Below are positions 57,123 through 64,000 of a stretch of DNA of 64,000 nucleotides, piece after piece (within the stretch, counting starts at the first letter, position 1; the number at the start of each line of letters is the position of its first letter). The DNA comes from Myxococcota bacterium (lineage in GTDB: Bacteria; Myxococcota_A; UBA9160; UBA6930): contig OZ245002.1 in assembly GCA_965223415.1 (NCBI GenBank), forward strand, positions 768,001-832,000. Reading direction: 5' to 3'. The position numbers and the translations under genes were made by a program. Below the pieces are notes generated by a model that saw only the letters and a program-made list of their open reading frames with translations, made no database searches and was not told where the DNA came from.

Positions 57123-57860
57123 ATGCCCGCCGATCCGTTGGCCCATGCCCCCGCCCAGGCGCTGGAGCGCATCGCCGCCCTCGACGCCCGCGCCCTCGCC
57201 GACGAGATCGACCGGCACGGCGCCGCCCGCATTCCCCGGCTCCTGCCCGCCGCGGCCTGTGCCCCCCTGCGCCGGGCCTTCCGGGACGACGACCGGTTCC
57301 GCGCGACGATCGACATGGCCCGCCATCGCTTCGGCGAAGGCACCTACCGCTACTTCGCGAGCCCTCTACCCGGCCTGGTGGAGGAGCTGCGCCGCGCCCT
57401 GTATCCGCCGCTCGCCCGCGTCGCGAACGCCTGGGAGGCCCGACGGGGCCGCGAGGGTCGCTTCCCCCGTACGCTCCCGGCCTTCCTCGCCCGCTGCGCC
57501 GACGCCGGGCAGCAGCGCCCGACGCCGCTCCTGCTTCGCTACGAGGCCGGCGGCTACAACTGCCTGCATCAGGACCGCTACGGGGAGGTCGCCTTCCCGC
57601 TGCAGGTGGTGGTCCAGCTCGCGCGGCAGGGCGTCGACTTCGAGGGCGGCGAGCTGCTGCTGGTGGAGCAGCGGCCGCGCATGCAGTCCGTCGGCCGCGC
57701 CTTCGCCCTGGAGCGCGGCGAGGCCCTCGTCTTCCCCAACGCCGACCGTCCGGTCGCCGGCGCCCGCGGCGCCTACCGCGTCCAGGTGCGGCACGGCGTC
57801 TCGGAGCTCCGGCTGGGCGAGCGGATGACCCTGGGCTTGATCTTCCACGACGCGACCTAG
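57123..57860 (+). CDS. 2OG-Fe(II) oxygenase (DUF2086-like)
   Basis: RPTPLLLRY, NCLHQD, EQRPRMQS, RHGVS, LGLIFHDA. Confidence 0.88.
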   Translation: MPADPLAHAPAQALERIAALDARALADEIDRHGAARIPRLLPAAACAPLRRAFRDDDRFRATIDMARHRFGEGTYRYFASPLPGLVEELRRALYPPLARVANAWEARRGREGRFPRTLPAFLARCADAGQQRPTPLLLRYEAGGYNCLHQDRYGEVAFPLQVVVQLARQGVDFEGGELLLVEQRPRMQSVGRAFALERGEALVFPNADRPVAGARGAYRVQVRHGVSELRLGERMTLGLIFHDAT

Positions 57861-57943
57861 GGGCGAGGTGCCCCAGCCCTTCGGTGGCTGGGGCGTGAGG
57901 CAACGACGTTCCCGTCCGGAAGCGCCCTGGGCACGGCTTGCGC

Positions 57944-57959
57944 GGGAACGGCGCTTGCT
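57944..57959 (+). promoter_or_regulatory. candidate sigma54 promoter
   Basis: GGGAACG-GCGC-TTGCT, GG-N10-GC spacing. Confidence 0.45.
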
Positions 57960-57988
57960 TGCCCCTGCTGGGTGAAGGGAGCGCGCCC

Positions 57989-58099
57989 ATGAGCGAGCAG
58001 ACCCTGATCCGCGTAGCGATCGGCGTGGGAGGCCTGGGCTTCCTGGCCCTGATGTCCTACGCCGTGATCCTCCAGGTCCGGATCTTCACCGCCTTCTAG
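57989..58099 (+). CDS. 36-aa single-TM small protein
   Basis: MSEQTLIRVAIGVGGLGFLALMSYAVILQVRIFTAF; GAAGGGA RBS; high GC3; below ORF track cutoff. Confidence 0.65.
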   Translation: MSEQTLIRVAIGVGGLGFLALMSYAVILQVRIFTAF

Positions 58100-58108
58100 C
58101 ACCGGCGG

Positions 58109-59296
58109 TCAGACGACCTTCTTCTCCGCCAGGGCGGCGAGCTCGTCCGGGCCGAGTCCCAGCTCGCCGTAGATCCGGGCGTTGTCCTGGCCCAGGTCCG
58201 GCGCCAGGGCGCGGGCGCGGGGGGCCGCGCCGCCGAAGCGCAGCGGATTGCCGTGGAAGACCACCTCGCCAAGGGTCGCATGGGCGTGGCGCTCGATCAT
58301 GCCGCGGGCCAGGAGCTGCTCGTCGGCGAGCAGGTCTTCGGGCCGCTCCACCTTCGCGCAGGGCACGTCGGCACCCCCCGGCCCGAGGGCGGCGAGCGCC
58401 TGGTCGCAGCTGCGCGTCGCCATCCACTCGGCCACCACGGCGTTGATCTCGGCGCGCCGGGCCGAGCGGCCGCGGTGGCTGCGGAAGCGCTCCTCGGAGG
58501 AGAGCTCGGGCCGGCCGATCGCCTCCATCAGCTTCCGGAAGAGCTTGTTGCTCGCGGTCCCCACCACCACGTGGCCGTCGGTCGTGGCGAAGGCGTCGTA
58601 GGGCGCGGTGAAGGGATGCTGGTTCCCGACCCGCTCCATCGCCTGGCCGATGCCGGCATGGATCGACGCCGCCGAGTCGGTGATTGCGAAGATGGCGTCC
58701 TGGTTCGAGAGATCGAGCACCCGGGCGCGGCCGGTGCGATCGCGATCGCGCAGGCCGGCGAGGAGACCCACCACCAGGTAGAGCCCGCCCACGAAATCGG
58801 CCAGGGCACCGCCGCCGCGCAGCGGGCCGCCTCCCTCCAGGCCCGTGATGCCCATCGGCCCGCCGGCAGCCTGGGCCACGATGTCGTAGCTCGCCTGGCC
58901 GGCCCGCGGCCCGGTCTGGCCGAAGCCGGAGAGCGACGCCACCACCAGCCGCGGGTTGCGCTCCTGCAGCACCTCCGCACCCAGTCCGTGCTTCGCCAGG
59001 AAGCCCGCGCGGAAGTTCTCCACCAGCGCGTCGGCGCCCTCGCACAGGCGCAGAAGGAGCTCGCGACCCTCGGGCTGGCGTACGTCGAGGGTGACCGAGT
59101 GCTTGCCCCGGTTCGTGTTCTGGAACGAGAGCGAGGTCTCGCCCTTCGGCGAGGGGCCGTAGCGGTAGTCGTCTCCGGTTCCGGGTCGCTCGATCTTGAC
59201 GACCTCGGCGCCGAGATCGGCGAGGATCGCCGTGGCGAAGGGCCCGGCGACGACCCGCGTGAGATCGAGGACGCGAACGCCCTCGAGGAGCCCCAC
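58109..59296 (-). CDS. family III CoA-transferase (CaiB/BaiF)
   Basis: LEGVRVLDLTRVVAGP, NRGKHSVTLD, ENFR, SGFGQTGP. Confidence 0.92.
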   Translation of the reverse strand: MGLLEGVRVLDLTRVVAGPFATAILADLGAEVVKIERPGTGDDYRYGPSPKGETSLSFQNTNRGKHSVTLDVRQPEGRELLLRLCEGADALVENFRAGFLAKHGLGAEVLQERNPRLVVASLSGFGQTGPRAGQASYDIVAQAAGGPMGITGLEGGGPLRGGGALADFVGGLYLVVGLLAGLRDRDRTGRARVLDLSNQDAIFAITDSAASIHAGIGQAMERVGNQHPFTAPYDAFATTDGHVVVGTASNKLFRKLMEAIGRPELSSEERFRSHRGRSARRAEINAVVAEWMATRSCDQALAALGPGGADVPCAKVERPEDLLADEQLLARGMIERHAHATLGEVVFHGNPLRFGGAAPRARALAPDLGQDNARIYGELGLGPDELAALAEKKVV

Positions 59297-59661
59297 TAGG
59301 CGTGGAGCCGCGCCACCGCCAGGATCGCGGCAACGCTGCCGGCCAAGGCGGCGCCGTAGCACAGGAAGCCGACCAGGCCGTCGCTCTTCAGGCCGCCGAA
59401 GTCGATCCACAGGTGGCGCAAGTGATGAGCGCCGCCCCACAGCGGAAGCGCCATCGCCGCCAGCACGACCAGGGTACCGACCGGGTTGGTGACGAGGGCG
59501 AACATGCGGTCGTAGCCGAGCGCCTGACCGTTCACGACGCCGAGGCCGCCGCCGAGCGCCACGACCAGGATGAAGACCGGCAGGAGCAGGCCTCCGACCA
59601 TCATGCCGGCGCTGAACAAGAGCCAGATGATCGGCTCGAGCTTGAGCATCAGCGTCTTCAC
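59296..59661 (-). CDS. frdD: fumarate reductase membrane anchor subunit D
   Basis: EPIIWLLFSAG, LPLWGGAHHLRH. Confidence 0.85.
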   Translation of the reverse strand: MKTLMLKLEPIIWLLFSAGMMVGGLLLPVFILVVALGGGLGVVNGQALGYDRMFALVTNPVGTLVVLAAMALPLWGGAHHLRHLWIDFGGLKSDGLVGFLCYGAALAGSVAAILAVARLHA

Positions 59662-60101
59662 AGCAGCGCACCTCCGAGGAAGAGCGTCCCCACCGCGAGC
59701 ACGGCGAAGAAGACACCGTAGAGGCCGGCCACGAGCACCGCGTCGGCCGGCCGCTTGAGCGGACCCATCCGATAGGGCTGGGTCGCCGGGAACAGACGGA
59801 AGAGCCGCAAGGCGAACCAGGTGAGACCGATGAAGGCCGCCACGTGGTAGGCGAGGTAGAGCGGGTGCCCCAGGCTCGCCACGTAGCCGTCCCAGGCGAC
59901 CTCGCCGTTGCCCAGCGCCCAGACGCCGCGGATCACCAGGGACGCCGAGATCATCAGGAAGGCGCCGCAGGCGCCGAAGGCCAGGTACGACGGGTAGCGG
60001 CCCTTGCCCGGGAACTGGTCAGGCGGCCGCGGCGCCGCCGTGCGGGTGGGGCCGGCCTTGGAGGGCTTCATCGCGTCGACGCGGGGTTGGAGCTCGCTCA
60101 C
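59658..60101 (-). CDS. frdC: fumarate reductase membrane anchor subunit C
   Basis: Three TM helices; position between frdB and frdD. Confidence 0.72.
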   Translation of the reverse strand: MSELQPRVDAMKPSKAGPTRTAAPRPPDQFPGKGRYPSYLAFGACGAFLMISASLVIRGVWALGNGEVAWDGYVASLGHPLYLAYHVAAFIGLTWFALRLFRLFPATQPYRMGPLKRPADAVLVAGLYGVFFAVLAVGTLFLGGALL

Positions 60102-60850
60102 TTCACGTCCTCCCCGCGCTTCACCACGAAGCTCGTGGCCCAGTCGAGCACGTTCGTCAGCTTCGCCTGCTGGATCGCGCCGGACGGGTTCACGTTCTTG
60201 GGACAGACCTCGCTGCACTCGTTGGCGAAGGAACAGCTGAAGACGCCGCCATCGCCGCGGAAGATCTCGTTGCGCACGTGCGCGCCCTCGTCCCGCGTGT
60301 CCTGGTTGTAGCGGTGGCCCAGGGCCAGGGCCGCGGGTCCGAGGAACTCCGGCTCGTTGGAGACGACCGGGCACGCCGAATAGCAGAGCATGCAGTTGAT
60401 GCACATGCTGAAGTTCTTGAAGTCCGCCAGCTCGTCCGGCGATTGGCGGGTGGTGCCCTCTTCGACGGCGCGCTCCTTGGCCACCATGATCCAGGGCTTC
60501 ACCGCCTGGAACTTCTCCATGAAGCCCTCGAGCTCGACGACCAGGTCCTTCACGACGGGGAAGTTCGCGAGGGGACTCACCTCGATGGTGTCGCCGTAGC
60601 CGGCCACCGCATCCTTGCAGGTGAGCCTCGGCTCGCCGTTCACGTTCATGCCGCAGCTTCCGCAGACGGCCATCCGGCAGGACCAGCGATGGGAGAGAGT
60701 CGGGTCGACCGCGTCCTTGATGTGGTTCAGGGCGTCGAGGATCTTCCAGTCGGCCTCGACCTCGATCTCGTAGCTCTGGGTCTTCGGGACCTCGTCCTGA
60801 TCCGGATCGAAGCGGGTGACGACGAAGGTCTTCTTCTGCTTCTCGCTCAT
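60098..60850 (-). CDS. frdB: fumarate reductase/succinate dehydrogenase Fe-S subunit
   Basis: SCRMAVCGSC, CINCMLCYSAC, CSFANECSEVCP. Confidence 0.93.
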   Translation of the reverse strand: MSEKQKKTFVVTRFDPDQDEVPKTQSYEIEVEADWKILDALNHIKDAVDPTLSHRWSCRMAVCGSCGMNVNGEPRLTCKDAVAGYGDTIEVSPLANFPVVKDLVVELEGFMEKFQAVKPWIMVAKERAVEEGTTRQSPDELADFKNFSMCINCMLCYSACPVVSNEPEFLGPAALALGHRYNQDTRDEGAHVRNEIFRGDGGVFSCSFANECSEVCPKNVNPSGAIQQAKLTNVLDWATSFVVKRGEDVK

Positions 60851-62574
60851 CAGTACTTCCGCTCCTCCGGCTCCCAGACCCCGAGCGTCACGTCCTTCTT
60901 GTCGAAGCGGGGCCCCTCGGGCGTGTAGTAGACGAGGGAGTGATGCAGGTACTCGGTGTCGTTGCGTGTCGGGTAGTCGCTGCAGGCGTGAGCGCCGCGC
61001 GATTCCTTCCTCTCTACCGCCGCGCAGGTCACGGCCTCCGCCACGTCGACCATGCTGCCGAGCTCCAGCGCGGCGATGAGCTCGGTGTTGAACACCTTGC
61101 TCGTGTCGTCCAGGCTGATCTGCTCGTAGCGCCGCTTGATCTCGGCGATGTCCGTGACCGCCTTGGCCATGGAAGCCTGCTCGCGGTAGACACCGGTGCC
61201 CTCTTCCATCGCCACGTTCATGTCCTGGCGGACCTTGGCGATCTTCTCGCCGCCGCGCTGGCGGCCGCGCATCTCCTCGACGCGGCCGGCCTCGGCCTCC
61301 GCCTGCTGCACCAGCGCCGCCTCGTTGCCGCCGCCCCCGCCCTTGATGTACTCGACCGCGTGCTCGCCGGCGCGGGCGCCGAACACGAGGCACTCGGTCA
61401 GCGAGTTCGAGCCAAGGCGGTTCGCGCCGTTCAGGGAAACGCAGGCGGTCTCGCCGGCGGCGTAGAGCCCGTCGATGCTGGTCGCGCCGTCGATGTCCGT
61501 ATCGACGCCGCCCATCATGTAGTGCAGCACCGGGCGGATCGGGATCGGCTCGCTCACTGGGTCGACGTTCGCGTAGGTCCGCGAGAGCTCCCGCACGAAG
61601 GGGAGCCGGGCCATGATCTTCTCTTCGCCGAGGTGGCGAAGGTCGAGGTGGGCATACTGCCCGATCTTGCCGGGCACCTCGATGCCGCGCCCGTCCCTGA
61701 CCTCCAGGGTGATGGCCCGGGAGATCATGTCCCGCGGTCCCAGCTCGGCCTTGGTGCCGACGCCGTAGTCGCGGGTGATGAGGAAGCGCTCGCCGTCCTT
61801 GTTGATCAGGTAGCCGCCCTCGCCCCGGGCGGCCTCGGTGATGAGGATGCCGGTGCCGGGCAGGCCGGTCGGGTGGTACTGGACGAACTCCATATCCTTG
61901 AGCGGCACGCCCTCGCGGTAGGCGAGGGACATGCCGTCGCCGGTCTTGATGTTGCCGTTCGTCGTGAAGGGCCACACCTTGCCGCCGCCGCCGGTGGAGA
62001 GGATCACGGCCTTTCCGAGGATGGCCTTCACCTCGCCGGTGCGGATGTCGAGGGCGGAGACGCCGCGGCAGGCGCCGCCGTCCACCAGGAGCTTGGTGAC
62101 GTAGTGCTCGTCGTAGCGCTCGACCTGCCCGTACTTCATCGAGGTCTGGAAGAGCGTGTGCAGCATGTGGAAGCCCACCTTGTCCGTGGCGAACCAGGTG
62201 CGCTTGGTGGTCATGCCGCCGAAGGCGCGGGTCGAGACGCTGCCGTCGTCGTTGCGGCTCCAGGGGCAGCCCCAGTGCTCGAGGAGGGTGAGCTCCTTCG
62301 GGGCCTGCTCGACGAAGTACTGGATCACGTCCTGGTCGCCCAGGAAGTCCGAGCCCTTGACGGTGTCGTAGCCGTGCATCTCGAGGCTGTCGTCTTCCCG
62401 GGCCACGGCGGCGGCGCCGCCCTCGGCGGAAACCGTGTGGCTCCGCATCGGGTAGACCTTCGAGACGAGGGCGATCGAGAGATCGGGATTTGCCTCGGTG
62501 GCGGCGATGGCGGCGCGCAGCCCGGCGGCGCCGCCGCCCACGATCACGACATCGTGTCGCGACACGTCGACCAT
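60850..62574 (-). CDS. frdA: fumarate reductase/succinate dehydrogenase flavoprotein
   Basis: GGGAAG, RSHTVSAEGG (covalent FAD His), QYHPTG, GANRLGSNSL, RKESRGAH. Confidence 0.95.
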   Translation of the reverse strand: MVDVSRHDVVIVGGGAAGLRAAIAATEANPDLSIALVSKVYPMRSHTVSAEGGAAAVAREDDSLEMHGYDTVKGSDFLGDQDVIQYFVEQAPKELTLLEHWGCPWSRNDDGSVSTRAFGGMTTKRTWFATDKVGFHMLHTLFQTSMKYGQVERYDEHYVTKLLVDGGACRGVSALDIRTGEVKAILGKAVILSTGGGGKVWPFTTNGNIKTGDGMSLAYREGVPLKDMEFVQYHPTGLPGTGILITEAARGEGGYLINKDGERFLITRDYGVGTKAELGPRDMISRAITLEVRDGRGIEVPGKIGQYAHLDLRHLGEEKIMARLPFVRELSRTYANVDPVSEPIPIRPVLHYMMGGVDTDIDGATSIDGLYAAGETACVSLNGANRLGSNSLTECLVFGARAGEHAVEYIKGGGGGNEAALVQQAEAEAGRVEEMRGRQRGGEKIAKVRQDMNVAMEEGTGVYREQASMAKAVTDIAEIKRRYEQISLDDTSKVFNTELIAALELGSMVDVAEAVTCAAVERKESRGAHACSDYPTRNDTEYLHHSLVYYTPEGPRFDKKDVTLGVWEPEERKY

Positions 62575-62667
62575 GGATTCCCCCTGCATTCACTGGGACT
62601 TGCGGGACGCGCAGTGGATAGCCGATCGATCCCGATCGCGAAACCGAGAGAACCCCTCGTCCCCGCA

Positions 62668-62765
62668 GGGGTGAGACAAGGGGACGTTCCTGACTGTCTC
62701 ACCCCGCGCTGTGCGCCGGGGCGGACGACAGGGGTGAGACAGTCAGGAACGTCCCCTTGTCTCAC
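62668..62765. repeat. REPIN-like inverted doublet
   Basis: 35-nt arms 62671-62705 and 62731-62765 exactly complementary, 25-nt spacer; each arm is itself a hairpin GTGAGACA..TGTCTCAC around the core. Confidence 0.92.
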
Positions 62766-64000
62766 TCAGCTCAGCGGATCGCAGGGCACTGCGACGCCGC
62801 CCGGGAACTCGTTCGGGGCGGAGGCGTTGCAGACGCCGTCGTCGGTGCAGAAGTGGTCGATCAGGCCCGTGGGCTGGAAGAACGTGGCGATCTGGTCGAG
62901 GGCGGCGGGAATCGCGCGCAGGCGGTTGTGCGGGTCGCACTTGCCCGTGCCCATCCCGTTGATCTGGTCCGGCACCTGGTCGTTGCCGAGGGGCGGCACG
63001 TAGGGAAGGTGGGCGGGGTTCGAGAGGTCGAAGGCCGCGGTGTCGTAGACCATGTAGGCCGAGGCCTGGGGCCCGCTGGATCCCTGCATGCCCGCCAGGT
63101 TCTGCATGAACGAGGCCTCGTGCACGGGCAGGCGCATCGTCGCACCGGCCAGCTGGGAGCCCAGGTTCGAGACCTGATGGTCGTGGAGCGCCACGTGCAT
63201 GAGGATGCGCTTGGCGAAGGGCACGCCGGGCAGCGGGTCGTCGGTGATGTGGGTCGCGTAGCCGGCGGACTCGCCGCGCACCCAGGTCTCGTGGGCGATC
63301 CCGAGCCCCACCGAGAACGTCATGCGATCGGCGGAGACCACCTGGGAGATCAGCTCGAAGGGACGGAAGGGAGCCGCCCGGTCGAGCAGCAGGGAGAAGT
63401 TGATCGCCGGCACGTCCACGACGAGGCGCTCCACGTCCGGCGTGAGGGCCGCGAACATGTTGCCCATGATGCCGCCGAGGCTGGCGCCCCAGTAGTAGAT
63501 CTCGCCGTCGGGCAGGATCGCGCCGTGCCCGGCCGGCGTCTGGAAGGCGGGATCGGCGTTGAAGTCGCCGCGCAGCAGCATGCGCCCGAGGAGGAGCGCG
63601 TGCATCTGGCCCTGGCGCAGCCGGTCCGCCAGCGCCGGCGTCTCGTCCGGGTTCGTCGTCACCTTGTAGATGAAGCTCGAGAACAGGTCCGGCGAGATGT
63701 CCGGCGAAGAGAGGCCCGACCAGTTGGTGCCGCCGGCGACGAAGGGCGGGATGATGCTGGCCCCCGCGACGCCGCCGACGGTCCCCGGGCCGTTGCCGAA
63801 GAGCCCGTGGCCCACCACCAGCGGCGGCAGCGGCCCGGCCAGGGCCTCACAGGGAACGGCGATGCCGTAGGGCGCGTCCGTGAGCGTGCTCCAGGTGGGC
63901 AGCCCCGCAGCGTCGTGCACCAGGTTCGAGAGCTCGGTGTTCTGGGTGAAGGGGTCCTTGTCGAGGAAGAGCGGCGCCTGGAAGGTGCCCTTCACGACGC
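62766..64000 (-). CDS. alpha/beta hydrolase-fold protein, C-terminal part (start outside window)
   Basis: GHGLFG oxyanion motif, WGASLGG nucleophile elbow, DHQV, DPH. Confidence 0.75.
   Translation of the reverse strand, partial: VVKGTFQAPLFLDKDPFTQNTELSNLVHDAAGLPTWSTLTDAPYGIAVPCEALAGPLPPLVVGHGLFGNGPGTVGGVAGASIIPPFVAGGTNWSGLSSPDISPDLFSSFIYKVTTNPDETPALADRLRQGQMHALLLGRMLLRGDFNADPAFQTPAGHGAILPDGEIYYWGASLGGIMGNMFAALTPDVERLVVDVPAINFSLLLDRAAPFRPFELISQVVSADRMTFSVGLGIAHETWVRGESAGYATHITDDPLPGVPFAKRILMHVALHDHQVSNLGSQLAGATMRLPVHEASFMQNLAGMQGSSGPQASAYMVYDTAAFDLSNPAHLPYVPPLGNDQVPDQINGMGTGKCDPHNRLRAIPAALDQIATFFQPTGLIDHFCTDDGVCNASAPNEFPGGVAVPCDPLS

Noticed and set aside
12088..62765. Palindromic repeats as a CRISPR array or integron attC sites
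   Set aside because: Dispersed with no repeat-spacer periodicity, no cas or intI gene, and no clear RYYYAAC/GTTRRRY ends
1..64000. tRNA, rRNA, prophage or defence-system genes
   Set aside because: None recognisable by eye; a covariance-model scan was not possible

Overview
High-GC bacterial chromosome window with about 60 genes, mostly metabolic. Gene content suggests a Myxococcota-like or deltaproteobacterial environmental organism (inference only). It carries lipid/acyl-CoA catabolic genes (TetR-P450-MaoC-CaiB, two tandem acyl-CoA dehydrogenase pairs), fabA, sucA-nfi, frdABCD, pabB, an mtoX + SCO-MauG methanethiol oxidase pair and one IS5-family element. Most notable observations: (1) a four-gene operon of secreted M14 peptidase, inactive transglutaminase-7TM protein, RimK-like ATP-grasp ligase and secreted HEXXH protein, a candidate peptide/poly-amino-acid synthesis, export and trimming system; (2) a family of REP/REPIN-like palindromes sharing GGGGACGYTCCT, one a perfect 70-bp palindrome and one with the IS in its loop, with local C-to-G strand composition flips nearby; (3) a secreted His-rich protein with a classical C2H2 zinc-finger motif; (4) a Tat-signal FMN hydroxy-acid oxidase with a CxxCH insert; (5) a Lnu(B)-like lincosamide nucleotidyltransferase; (6) two probable CTG starts and two frameshifted genes. 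No rRNA, tRNA or CRISPR array was seen. Start codons were refined by eye and no searches were run.
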